IMG/VR virus record: IMGVR_UViG_3300029935_000001
Coordinates: 137,867-201,866 of that record
Direction: 5' to 3' (one strand)
Source of the DNA: a virus
Taxonomy: Duplodnaviria > Heunggongvirae > Uroviricota > Caudoviricetes
Length of the DNA stretch: 64,000 bases
The position numbers and the translations under genes are program-made. The number at the start of each line of letters is the position of its first letter. Positions within the stretch are counted from its first letter, which is position 1. This document shows, in pieces, positions 45,790-55,278 of this stretch. Below the pieces are notes generated by a model. That model worked only from the letters and a program-made list of their open reading frames with translations, was not told the DNA's origin and made no database searches.

Positions 45790-47681
45790 AGTTACTTGAA
45801 GGCGGAAATGTATTTAAAAATCATGACGGGACGGACGCAACACAACGGATTAATCAAGCAGACGTCCGCCCGACCGTTGCTTGGCTCGAACAGCTAACTG
45901 GTTTGCCCTTGCTTGATAACATGCTGGGCTCGACTGGCAAAAAGCCAACGTCGGGCGATTTAGATCTGGCTGTGGATGCCACCCAGATCACTAAAGACCA
46001 GCTAGTATCGCACTTATCCCAATGGGTTCAGAGCCACGGCGAAGAACCCAAGCAGTGGATTAAAAAGTCGGGCATTTCGGTTCACTTCAAGACCCCGATT
46101 GTTGGGCGTCCTGACCATGGCTTTGTACAGACTGACTTCATGTTCGTGACTGACGTGAGCTTTTCGAAGTTCATCATCACCGCGCCCCCAGACTCGGCGT
46201 TTCGTGGTCAAGACCGGAACATCCTGATCAACTCGATCGCCAAGGCGCTAGGATATAAGCTCAATCAAACGGCCGGTATTATGGACCGGGCCACCAACCA
46301 GCTGATCGCCAATGACCCGGACAAGATTGCTAAAATCCTGCTTAACCGCAACGCCACCCGCGACGACCTGCACAGCGTTGAGACCATTCTCGCTGCGTTA
46401 AAGAACGACCGCAACCGCGATGCTAAACTAGCCGATGCCCGAGCTCACTTTGCTCGAGAAGGCATTCCATTCGATCAGCCCGTGCAGGAATCAGTGGAGA
46501 GCGATGCCTATTTTCTTGCGAAACTCCGCGATCGTATAGTAAATTGTGGGATGCAGCCTTTAATTGAAGGGCGCGAAATCTTAGAGGAAGGCGTGCGGAT
46601 TGAGCACCCAGAAGACCTTATATTTGCTGCCGGTGCTCCGGGGGCGCTTCAAGCGCTTGCCGCTATCGCGCAATTAAGTAAAAGTGCTGCTGGGCTAAGT
46701 GTTAAGTGGGATGGCAAACCAGCGGTGATTTTTGGCCGCGACGACAACGGGTTTATACTCACCGACAAATCGGGGTTTACTGCCAGAGGATACAATGGCT
46801 TAGCACGCTCGCCTGAGGACATTGCGCAGATTATGTCCCAGCGCAGCGGCGACCGCGCAGAGCTAGTAGCGATGTACCGTCGCATATGGCCGTACTTGCG
46901 CTCGGTTGTGCCAACGAGCTTTCGCGGGTTCATTCAAGGGGACCTGCTGTGGTCTGAAACGCCGGGCCGCGAAGGCAACGATTACGTATTTACGCCCAAC
47001 ACAGTTACATATCGGGTTGCTGCTGACTCGCCCATTGGGCAACGAATCGGCCGCTCAGTTGTGGGTGTAGTGGTTCATACGTTTTACCCAACTGTCAACG
47101 ACAGCGGCCAGCCATGGCACCAAGTTGATCAGCTTGCAAAAACGCCTGGTGCAGTAATACTTACGCCCGAGTTTAATCAGCGCCCGAGTTTAACGGCCGA
47201 AAAAACGCGCCTCAATAAGCTTTCTGCGTATGCCCAAAGCAATTCTATTGCTATCGACGCGTTACTTAACCCCGGTGCACTTCGCGAGCAAAAAATTACT
47301 GATTTGCCTGCGCTGATGAAAAAGTATATCAACAGTCGCGTTCGCGCTGGTAATTTTGAGCAACTTGCTGCTGGGCTTATGTTTTGGATTGAGCAACAAG
47401 GTATTACGCCAGCTAAGGTTGAGCGTATCCGTCGGCACTTAGCCGAAAATCAAAAGGGATTTAACGCAGCGTTTACTATCTTTGTGGGCATTACTGCACT
47501 AAAGCAGCAAATGATCGAGCAACTCGATGCTACTGACCAAGACATTCGGGCCGAAATTGCTGGCAGTCGTGGTCACGAGGGGTATGTGTATGCGCAAGGT
47601 TCAGCACCGATCAAATTAGTAGACCGTATGAAATTTAGTCGCTTAAACTTTAACCGGAATAACCCCATCGGCGATGAGTAA
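45786..47681 (+). CDS. Nucleotidyltransferase-like domain fused to ligase-like (KxDG) domain
   Basis: GSTGKKPTSGDLDLAV; IEHPEDL; SVKWDGKPA; EGYV..KLVDR. Confidence 0.7.
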   Translation: MKLLEGGNVFKNHDGTDATQRINQADVRPTVAWLEQLTGLPLLDNMLGSTGKKPTSGDLDLAVDATQITKDQLVSHLSQWVQSHGEEPKQWIKKSGISVHFKTPIVGRPDHGFVQTDFMFVTDVSFSKFIITAPPDSAFRGQDRNILINSIAKALGYKLNQTAGIMDRATNQLIANDPDKIAKILLNRNATRDDLHSVETILAALKNDRNRDAKLADARAHFAREGIPFDQPVQESVESDAYFLAKLRDRIVNCGMQPLIEGREILEEGVRIEHPEDLIFAAGAPGALQALAAIAQLSKSAAGLSVKWDGKPAVIFGRDDNGFILTDKSGFTARGYNGLARSPEDIAQIMSQRSGDRAELVAMYRRIWPYLRSVVPTSFRGFIQGDLLWSETPGREGNDYVFTPNTVTYRVAADSPIGQRIGRSVVGVVVHTFYPTVNDSGQPWHQVDQLAKTPGAVILTPEFNQRPSLTAEKTRLNKLSAYAQSNSIAIDALLNPGALREQKITDLPALMKKYINSRVRAGNFEQLAAGLMFWIEQQGITPAKVERIRRHLAENQKGFNAAFTIFVGITALKQQMIEQLDATDQDIRAEIAGSRGHEGYVYAQGSAPIKLVDRMKFSRLNFNRNNPIGDE

Positions 47682-48246
47682 ATTTGAGTTTATTGATTCT
47701 CTCCACGAAGCCCGTATGTTACGTCGATTGTCACGGGTTCGTGGCGAATCTGTGCCAGCGCTTACTAAGCGCTTGTTCAATCACTTGCTTGCGTTGCGTA
47801 TAATTTATGCAATCAAGCCAGCAGTGGCACAAAAATATACCAGAGAAACTTTGCAGCATTCTCACTTTAAGTCGTTTTTGCCAAGCAGCACCGATCTTTA
47901 CAATTTAATTGTGTTGATTATTCAACAGTATGAATATGCAGATCAACTGTTTAACGACTGGAAAATAGTATTGCCGGAGATGCGACTACGTAGAGTTTTG
48001 CGCAGTATCGAAGCAGGAAAGTTAGACCACAGTGATTATAACGAATTGATGCTGATCATCCAGCGGAAGACCGCGCTCGATGGGTATCAAATTACTATGC
48101 GTCGTGTAGTAGCAGATTTTGAAAAGGCGCCGGCCTCTCAAAAAATCCAGCACATTAAGCGTTTAGTCCTGCTAATGCGCGAAGATACTGTACAAAGTGA
48201 CCTTTATATTATATTAAAAAACATAGTTGAACAGACTGAATTGTAG
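47674..48246 (+). CDS. Hypothetical protein
   Basis: 190-aa helical ORF. Confidence 0.65.
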   Translation: MSKFEFIDSLHEARMLRRLSRVRGESVPALTKRLFNHLLALRIIYAIKPAVAQKYTRETLQHSHFKSFLPSSTDLYNLIVLIIQQYEYADQLFNDWKIVLPEMRLRRVLRSIEAGKLDHSDYNELMLIIQRKTALDGYQITMRRVVADFEKAPASQKIQHIKRLVLLMREDTVQSDLYIILKNIVEQTEL

Positions 48247-48313
48247 GTATTTTTCACAACTGGCATAAATAAAAGTAGGATCCATATATCCATTCAATTT
48301 AGGAGATTTAAAA

Positions 48314-48610
48314 ATGGCAATTCCAGGTATCAAAATCAATGGCATTCACGCACAAGCCTCGATGACTCTTGTTGGTCGCGAGTTCCAAATGTACACCGTG
48401 GCCGGCTGCGCTGACATCGACGAAGCTACTGCTGCTATTCGCACTCTTCAGCAGTTCTATACTGTTGAAGCAATTGGTGATCTTTCAGACCCAGCTTCGT
48501 TCCGCGTAGTGTGCTCAGGTGGCGACGACGGCCGCACTCCAGCTGCTGACGCAGGCGACACTGCGTTTGGCGCTGATTTAGGCTTCACTGTTACTCCATT
48601 CGTATTCTAA
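48314..48610 (+). CDS. Small, probably abundant structural protein
   Basis: Own late promoter (48266), strong AGGAG RBS, own terminator. Confidence 0.6.
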   Translation: MAIPGIKINGIHAQASMTLVGREFQMYTVAGCADIDEATAAIRTLQQFYTVEAIGDLSDPASFRVVCSGGDDGRTPAADAGDTAFGADLGFTVTPFVF

Positions 48611-48630
48611 TCCGCTAGGTTAGATAGTGT

Positions 48631-48660
48631 AAAAGCCCGGTTTAATCGCCGGGCTTTTTT
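48631..48660 (+). terminator. Intrinsic terminator
   Basis: AAAAGCCCGG-N8-CCGGGCTTTTTT. Confidence 0.85.
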
Positions 48661-48678
48661 GTTGGCGTAAATACTAGC

Positions 48679-49140
48679 ATGATAAAAATTGTTTGTTATA
48701 CGTTGTTTGACATTACCCCAAGCGGAATTAAAAGTCACACCCGAGCTTTAGATTTTCCGCTGGTTGATCGGACCGGCACTACTTTGGCCAATTTGGAAGA
48801 TTGGGCCCGAGCTCGCAATCAGCAGCGCAATTGGGAGACTATTCTTCAAGTAGTTTCACTGCGAACCCAGCCTGAGAATTGTTCTGAGCCTGTTAACTTT
48901 ATGGTTGACTTTAAGACAACCGAGTTTCCGTTAAAAAGCAAAGGGCGAGTATGGTCCTTTGCTTTTGAGAGTGACATCGACGACGCGTTTGAGCAAGCTG
49001 GCGACCCTATTGGCGCGCTAAACGCTGATGTTCACCAAGTGCCGATGATTTTAGGCTTAAACGAAACCTCGACAAAAAATCAATTTGTAGTATCTGCCGG
49101 GTCTGCCCGAAACATTTATTTCACTTATGAAAAACTATAA
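48679..49140 (+). CDS. Conserved hypothetical protein
   Basis: TLFDIT..RNQQRNWET.LQ..SLRTQP; TAAATA 5 nt upstream. Confidence 0.7.
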   Translation: MIKIVCYTLFDITPSGIKSHTRALDFPLVDRTGTTLANLEDWARARNQQRNWETILQVVSLRTQPENCSEPVNFMVDFKTTEFPLKSKGRVWSFAFESDIDDAFEQAGDPIGALNADVHQVPMILGLNETSTKNQFVVSAGSARNIYFTYEKL

Positions 49141-49633
49141 GTTCAACAAAAAGTTTGAAAAGTTAGTAACCACTGAAGTTCCGCGGTTATCGAATGTAAT
49201 GTATGTTCCGTACCGCTTGGGCTACTTATTGTTTGAAAAATTTTATTTGCGAGCGGTAGACTCCGTTTGGTATGTGGACTACCAACAAGTTACTCGAGAG
49301 TTTTACTCTGCTGCTATTGCAATAGCTTGGTGTATTTCTAAAAACTCTTGCGACGAAGCGACAGCGCGTTCTATCGAAAAACAAGCAGCTCTATACACTC
49401 ACTATAGTGGCGAAATTCAATATTATAAAAAGATGATAAGTAGTATTAGCAACCCTTACTCGGACAAAACAGGGATAATTGAAGCAAAGTTGTCAGATTC
49501 GATTTACTACGCTACTCAAGCCCGTGCCGAGTTGAATAAGTGCCTTAAAATTGCTAAATACAAGCAAACTATAGGATTCAATAATGAAATTAGACGATCT
49601 GTCCCATCAAAGTTCGGCCAGCGACATAAGTAA
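49127..49633 (+). CDS. Hypothetical protein
   Basis: 168-aa ORF overlapping neighbours. Confidence 0.55.
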   Translation: MKNYKFNKKFEKLVTTEVPRLSNVMYVPYRLGYLLFEKFYLRAVDSVWYVDYQQVTREFYSAAIAIAWCISKNSCDEATARSIEKQAALYTHYSGEIQYYKKMISSISNPYSDKTGIIEAKLSDSIYYATQARAELNKCLKIAKYKQTIGFNNEIRRSVPSKFGQRHK

Positions 49634-51836
49634 GATTTATCAATCTTACTTTGGTCGGCCTCTTAACATTGATACCGCCTCGCGCGCCGGTTTACAGCGC
49701 GCATTGTCTCGTGTACAATCAGTAATTGCCGAATGTCGCACAACTTCCGAGTTTCACCAATCTGAGCAAAATCCTCGTTATTTGCGTGCTATGATAGCCG
49801 AACAGGCAATTGCTGCGCGGCTCGACGAGCTCGGGTCAGTAGGCACAGTTAACACAGCAACCGGTACCACTACCACCGGTTCTATAGCCACAAAGCCGGC
49901 TCCAAAACCGCACGAGCTACAGCAACGAATGCAGCAAATCAAAGACCCAAAAATGAAGGAGCTACTTCGCAAAGCGTCGAGTGGGCAACAAGTTTCGCCC
50001 GACGATCAAAAGAAATTGGTCGCTCTAGCAGCAGACCAAACAGTCACCGAAGACACCCCGGCTCGCAAAGCTGAGATCGGTCAACTAATGTCAAAGCTAG
50101 CCCAAGTAATCAATTCAGTCGAAACAGTAGACCAGCACCGCGCGGCCGAAAAGTATGCAAATTTAGTGATAAAAAAAATCCGCGACCGCAGCAAATCCGA
50201 TCCTGGGTTCGCTGGCATTAGCGAATTGCATGACTATCTTCGAGCCATTAACCAGGATCTTCGCAACAAATTACGAGAAATTACTTTAGGTAACCGCATG
50301 AACGAATCCCGAGAATACTCAATCAAATACGTCCAAGAAGACGACGTGTGGGCAGTAGTCGATAGCGTAGGCAATCGAGTAGAAAGTTTTATCGAAAAGC
50401 ACGAAGCAGCCCAAGAAGCGCGCAAACTTAACGCAGGCTCTAGCAAAGCACCTACCCGGCACCGTCACGTAAATTCGCGCGGCGACCTCGAGGAAAGTTC
50501 AAACAAACCAGCAAAAGTAGACCGCACCAAAGAACCAAACGCTAAGTCCGAGCGCTATTATGCCAAAAAAGCAGCGACTAAGAAAGCGGAACCCAAGGGT
50601 GTTTCTGACTCTCAAACGCAAGTGCAAGAAACATACGAAGGACCGAACTTTCCAAACGGGGTTGCGTCTGCTGCCAAATACAGCAAAGACTTCGGCCCAA
50701 TTCTTTCTAAACTAAGTAAAGTAATAGATTCTGTAAAAACACATGACCAACTCGATTCGGCCAATAACTACGCTGAGTTGGTTATTAGCCATATCCGCCG
50801 CGAGCTAAAAAAGCGCAAAGGATCAATGGGCGATAACGAAGTTTACGGATACATGACTGCGATTGACGATGCGCTAGCAGAAAAAGAAAGGTCAATATCG
50901 CGGTTTAGCGAAAGCAAGCGATTAGTAATTAACGCCGGTACAAACAGGAAAGATGGGTTGCGTGAAGGCAAGCTCGACGACCTCAAAGACAAAAAGGCCG
51001 CAAAAGACGACTGGTTCGACGGCAAAAACAAAGCAGAGCCCGCAAAGAAAAAAGTAGCAGGCAAGCAGTATGGCGGTAGCAAGCAAAAAGACGACACAGT
51101 AACTGAATCCGCAGACGACATGGCTAGCTTAAAAGCCAAAGCCAAAGAGTTGTCGGACAAAATGGATGCTATCGTCAAAGACGGGGGCAAGGTCGGACTT
51201 AACGACCCACTCAGTGTTCAATATAAAAAGACCATGGACAAAATTAAAAAATTAAAATCAAAGAAAGTAAACGAAAGCGCAAACCTACGCAGTGCGTCGA
51301 CAGCAAAGTTAGTTGAGTTTTACCGAAAGCATCGCGCTAGCGGCAGCGACCGTGTTAAAATGGTTGAGTCCGAATTGCTACGCCGCAAAAAGATAAACGA
51401 ATCTAAAAAGAGTACGCGTCGCTTAGTAACCGAAGGTGAGGTTCAGCAGGCCCAAGTGGTCTTGGCTGCGCAAGACATGGTTGATCAGATTCAAAAGATG
51501 ATCGAACAAGCATCAAGTGCTCAGTTCAAAGACTTGCCGGCGCTTGTAAGTCAAATCCGATTAGATCAAGGTCCCGACCAGTCTGCACAGTTTAACCAAG
51601 CGGTTACTGCTGCAATGACTTCGTTGCTTCAAGCTCTAGCAGGTGCCAAAGAGCAAATGGAAGGCGCCGTTGATGTAGTCACTGGCAAGGCGCCTGCAGG
51701 ACCAGCGATTAACCCAGGCGACGATGCTGCGCCGGCTACGGACGTGCCTCCGGCGCCCAGCGACGATGCTGCGGCAGACCTCGACCTAGATAAAGAAACT
51801 GGCGACATTACCGGGTTTGGTCGTGAGCGTCGGTAA
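49584..51836 (+). CDS. Large modular putative head/scaffold-like protein
   Basis: 750 aa; TAAATA 49555; internal ~70-aa duplication; many X-X-E linkers; C-end L.EGEV.QAQV.LAAQDMVD..GRERR. Confidence 0.7.
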   Translation: MKLDDLSHQSSASDISKIYQSYFGRPLNIDTASRAGLQRALSRVQSVIAECRTTSEFHQSEQNPRYLRAMIAEQAIAARLDELGSVGTVNTATGTTTTGSIATKPAPKPHELQQRMQQIKDPKMKELLRKASSGQQVSPDDQKKLVALAADQTVTEDTPARKAEIGQLMSKLAQVINSVETVDQHRAAEKYANLVIKKIRDRSKSDPGFAGISELHDYLRAINQDLRNKLREITLGNRMNESREYSIKYVQEDDVWAVVDSVGNRVESFIEKHEAAQEARKLNAGSSKAPTRHRHVNSRGDLEESSNKPAKVDRTKEPNAKSERYYAKKAATKKAEPKGVSDSQTQVQETYEGPNFPNGVASAAKYSKDFGPILSKLSKVIDSVKTHDQLDSANNYAELVISHIRRELKKRKGSMGDNEVYGYMTAIDDALAEKERSISRFSESKRLVINAGTNRKDGLREGKLDDLKDKKAAKDDWFDGKNKAEPAKKKVAGKQYGGSKQKDDTVTESADDMASLKAKAKELSDKMDAIVKDGGKVGLNDPLSVQYKKTMDKIKKLKSKKVNESANLRSASTAKLVEFYRKHRASGSDRVKMVESELLRRKKINESKKSTRRLVTEGEVQQAQVVLAAQDMVDQIQKMIEQASSAQFKDLPALVSQIRLDQGPDQSAQFNQAVTAAMTSLLQALAGAKEQMEGAVDVVTGKAPAGPAINPGDDAAPATDVPPAPSDDAAADLDLDKETGDITGFGRERR

Positions 51837-52168
51837 TGCGTATTTTTGAAATTACCGATTTCAATTCCCCTGATAAGCTGGTAGCATTAAGCCAGCTTAT
51901 CCGAGGGCGTTTAAAAAATACTGCTGCTACCACATCACTATCGGTTGACGCGTTTATCAAAATGGGACGAAGTTTAGGTATGACCATCGATAGAGAAACG
52001 CTCACAGACCTTATTGCCAAGCCGCCGTTAAGTAATATCATTACTGGAGTAAACGGTGATCAAATTCAATTTCACGGACAAGAAGAAATTGATGTTGAGT
52101 CGCCGTCGGATATCGAGCAAGACGAAGACCACGTTAAGAAAATGGCCAAACGTCAGTTGCCGCGATGA
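51836..52168 (+). CDS. Conserved hypothetical protein
   Basis: MRIFEI; V.KMAKR C-terminus. Confidence 0.65.
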   Translation: MRIFEITDFNSPDKLVALSQLIRGRLKNTAATTSLSVDAFIKMGRSLGMTIDRETLTDLIAKPPLSNIITGVNGDQIQFHGQEEIDVESPSDIEQDEDHVKKMAKRQLPR

Positions 52169-52476
52169 AAGATTTTCTAGTAGATATTTTGTATTATTTG
52201 TTAATCGTTGGTATAATAGCAACCGGTTTGCTCGCGGGCTGCTATTTGTATTTTGAATACAACGGTTGGCCGCAGTGGTTGGCACCAGCGATCAATGTTC
52301 CTGCGTTTGTTGTGCCCAAAGCAATGGCGTCGATTAGTATAAGCGGTGTCGAAGTAACGGCAGAAATTACGCGCGAAGATACATTTTTTACTGTAGCCGG
52401 TCTTATTTTTACTGTGTTAGGCACTTACGCCGGCATCCGCGCGATAAATTTTTTGTTTCAGCGGAATAAACTATAG
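52165..52476 (+). CDS. Membrane protein (2 TM)
   Basis: Two hydrophobic segments. Confidence 0.6.
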   Translation: MKDFLVDILYYLLIVGIIATGLLAGCYLYFEYNGWPQWLAPAINVPAFVVPKAMASISISGVEVTAEITREDTFFTVAGLIFTVLGTYAGIRAINFLFQRNKL

Positions 52477-52527
52477 ACTTTGATGCTTGCGTATGTTAAA
52501 ATAAGGGCTCTGAGCCCTTATTTTTTT
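52474..52527 (+). promoter_or_regulatory. Sigma70-type promoter overlapping an intrinsic terminator
   Basis: TAGACT-N17-TAAAAT; AAAATAAGGGCT-CTG-AGCCCTTATTTT plus T-tract. Confidence 0.65.
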
Positions 52528-52530
52528 GAT

Positions 52531-53214
52531 ATGATTACACAACGATACCTATACCCTGAGATGGAACGCGTCCCTGTTAACGGTGTTCGGCATTACGCTA
52601 CGCCTTTTAACCAGCTGGTGCCCAGCGTTACCACAATCCTTTCGGCTACTAAATCCAAAGAGTCGAGTCAAGCACTCGAAAACTGGCGCCAAGCAGTAGG
52701 GCACAAGCGCGCGGACGAGGTAACACACGAGGCTGGCGCCCGCGGCACTCGTATGCATGCTTACCTTGAGCATTGGGTTAAAACTGACGAGATTAAAACA
52801 CCAGGATCTAACCCATACGCCAAGCAAAGCAACCAAATGGCGCGCGTTATAATAGAAAAGGGGCTGGTTAATGCCACTGAGTTTTGGGGCACTGAAGTAG
52901 GGCTGTACTTTCCAGGTTTATACGCCGGCACTACTGACTTAGTAGGCTGTTGGAAAGGCGCCCCCGCAATCCTCGATTTTAAACAAACTAATAAACCCAA
53001 GACCACAGAACGCATCGAAGATTATTTTTACCAGCTAGCGGCTTATGCTAATGCCCACAACGAGATGTTTGGAACTAATATTCGCACCGGCGTGATTTTA
53101 ATGTGCTCCAAAGACTACGAGTATCAGCAATGGGTTATCGAAGGCACTGAGTTTGATCGGTGGTCTAACGCCTGGTGGCATAAGCTTGAGCACTATTATT
53201 TGCTAAATACTTGA
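52531..53214 (+). CDS. PD-(D/E)XK exonuclease
   Basis: PSVTTIL, GTRMH, E..L..YAGTTDL..ILDFKQ, QLAAYA. Confidence 0.85.
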   Translation: MITQRYLYPEMERVPVNGVRHYATPFNQLVPSVTTILSATKSKESSQALENWRQAVGHKRADEVTHEAGARGTRMHAYLEHWVKTDEIKTPGSNPYAKQSNQMARVIIEKGLVNATEFWGTEVGLYFPGLYAGTTDLVGCWKGAPAILDFKQTNKPKTTERIEDYFYQLAAYANAHNEMFGTNIRTGVILMCSKDYEYQQWVIEGTEFDRWSNAWWHKLEHYYLLNT

Positions 53215-53227
53215 AAGGATTTCAAGT

Positions 53228-54778
53228 ATGGCAATCACGCAAATAAGTCGGATCACACACCGCAAAGGTCTTAGAGAAAATCTCCCTCAGTTAGCCAATG
53301 GCGAACTTGGATGGGCAGTTGATGAACGCCGTTTGTTTATCGGTAACGATCCCGTTTTTGCTCCTGAGTTTTATACTCACTTCTCAGGGTCTACTCCGCT
53401 CAACGTAACGGAGATTCTAACCGAACACTCCGATTTGTTGGGAATCTCAAGCTCCTATCAATATCGAGGCGATGCAGCAGGATATGCACACCAAACGCAT
53501 GCGCGCCCTTTAATTGCAAAGCTCGACGAGCGAGTTAGTGTCAAAGATTATGGTGCCACCGGTAACGGAATCGACGACGATACCATTGCTATTCAAAACG
53601 CGCTGATGGATTTATATACCCGTCAGCCAAATCCGCAGGTGCGTCGAGTTTTGTTTTTTCCTGCAGGCCGTTACCGAATAACCGGTTTATTAATTATTCC
53701 TGCGTTTGCTGTGCTCGTCGGCGAAGGAAAAAACCAATCAATCATCGAATATCACGGGCCAGTCGACGAGCCGTATTGTGTCAGAACTGCCGACAGTAAA
53801 GGTCAAGTATCTAACGATATTGGCACCAATGGTGCGTTGTTACCTCAGCACATTGTTGTTGCAAATATGAGATTATCAACAACACGCGCAAATTCTGTTA
53901 TGTTGGCCGAAGCAGTCGACGGGCTAGTTATGTTTAATGTAAGTTTAGCCGGCAATGGCAGACCACTTGTGGGCTCGCAGGCCGCCGGGACCGGCTTGCA
54001 TGTTACTGGTATTCCTGGTAGCTTAGCGGCCACCGGCTGGTCAAAAAATGTATATTTAAACAATGTTACCATCGAAGACATTGACTTAGCGGCCAAAATA
54101 GACGGCAACAGTGAAAATATCACAGCTTCGGCAGGATTAATATCTAACGTTCGTTACGGCCTTGACGTTAGTAGTTCAACAAATGTTAAGATTTCTGTTA
54201 GTAAATTTAATGACATTACATATAGTGCGTTAAAAGTCAGAAACGACGCATATGGAGTTACATCGAGTTTTAACACATACACAGACGTAGCAACATCAAA
54301 CTCCGACGGTGTAATTGAGTTTTTATCTGACGACAATATTTCAATTGGCGACATGTTTTGGCCTTCTGCTTCAGCGTCTAAGAACGTTCGAATTGGCCGC
54401 ACTACTTCAATTGCTTTTAACTCTGCTCAGTCAATACAACAAGGCTCGTACCAGCGCGAAACCGGGCGAACCGTCGACTTAACTCCGCTGGCTGTTGATC
54501 AGCCGTTGTTTTCGGTATCGTATCTTGATTATCGTGTTTTTCGACTCGACTACACAGTTCAGCGTGGCGATTACGCGTATCGCCACGGTAGCTTAACGGT
54601 GTCGGCGCGGTCGGACTTACAAGTGCCGCATTGGTCTGAAGATTATACAGAAAATGTCAACTCCGGTGTAGTATTTTCTGTAAGCCGGCAAGGCTTAGTG
54701 ATAACTATTAGATATACACTTACTGAAAACACCGTCGAAGGTGGAACAGTTAGGTACTCTATAACCAAACTTCTCTAA
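53228..54778 (+). CDS. Tailspike-like protein (Mtd-N-like start plus pectate-lyase-type beta-helix)
   Basis: ISRITHRKG..LPQLANGELGWAVDERRLFIGN; VSVKDYGATGNG.DDDT.AIQ..FFPAG.Y. Confidence 0.8.
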   Translation: MAITQISRITHRKGLRENLPQLANGELGWAVDERRLFIGNDPVFAPEFYTHFSGSTPLNVTEILTEHSDLLGISSSYQYRGDAAGYAHQTHARPLIAKLDERVSVKDYGATGNGIDDDTIAIQNALMDLYTRQPNPQVRRVLFFPAGRYRITGLLIIPAFAVLVGEGKNQSIIEYHGPVDEPYCVRTADSKGQVSNDIGTNGALLPQHIVVANMRLSTTRANSVMLAEAVDGLVMFNVSLAGNGRPLVGSQAAGTGLHVTGIPGSLAATGWSKNVYLNNVTIEDIDLAAKIDGNSENITASAGLISNVRYGLDVSSSTNVKISVSKFNDITYSALKVRNDAYGVTSSFNTYTDVATSNSDGVIEFLSDDNISIGDMFWPSASASKNVRIGRTTSIAFNSAQSIQQGSYQRETGRTVDLTPLAVDQPLFSVSYLDYRVFRLDYTVQRGDYAYRHGSLTVSARSDLQVPHWSEDYTENVNSGVVFSVSRQGLVITIRYTLTENTVEGGTVRYSITKLL

Positions 54779-55191
54779 TGTGGCCAAACTCTTTTGAAGA
54801 ACGACTTGCTTCGTGGACAGCATTGCGCGACAACGAAGCACTTCCTGTCGAACAGTATCTTCTAGCAGTAAATCAGTGGTGGCACTCCACGCCGTGGTCG
54901 CCGTATTATCTTCATTGGGACGACCGAGCCGAATGGCCGTCTCCGTGGGAATTACTGGCCGACAATGTATTTTGTCCGGTTAGTCGTGGCCTCGGTATAT
55001 TGTACACTATTGCTTTGTCGCCTCGCACACTGCAAGCTGAATTAATCGAAGTAGATAATGACAATTTAGTCCTAGTTGCCGGCGGAAAATATACCCTGAA
55101 TTACCAAGCCGACGAGATAGTAAATATCAAACTACCACAAGTAGTTTCAAATCACAGCATTTCTATCGAAGAAATAAAACAAAAGTTTTAA
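54778..55191 (+). CDS. Conserved hypothetical protein
   Basis: W..LR..W..P..WPSPWELL.DN.FC..RGLG..YT. Confidence 0.7.
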   Translation: MWPNSFEERLASWTALRDNEALPVEQYLLAVNQWWHSTPWSPYYLHWDDRAEWPSPWELLADNVFCPVSRGLGILYTIALSPRTLQAELIEVDNDNLVLVAGGKYTLNYQADEIVNIKLPQVVSNHSISIEEIKQKF

Positions 55192-55278
55192 CCCGTATAA
55201 AAGTTTTTGCTGGTGTGTTTCCAGCTGAAGTATTCGTCGCCTCTAAAAATCGCGACATCATTGTTTAGGAGAAATTTA

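Noticed and set aside
52531-53214. Cas4 / CRISPR locus
   Set aside because: No four-cysteine cluster motif, no other cas genes and no repeat-spacer array.
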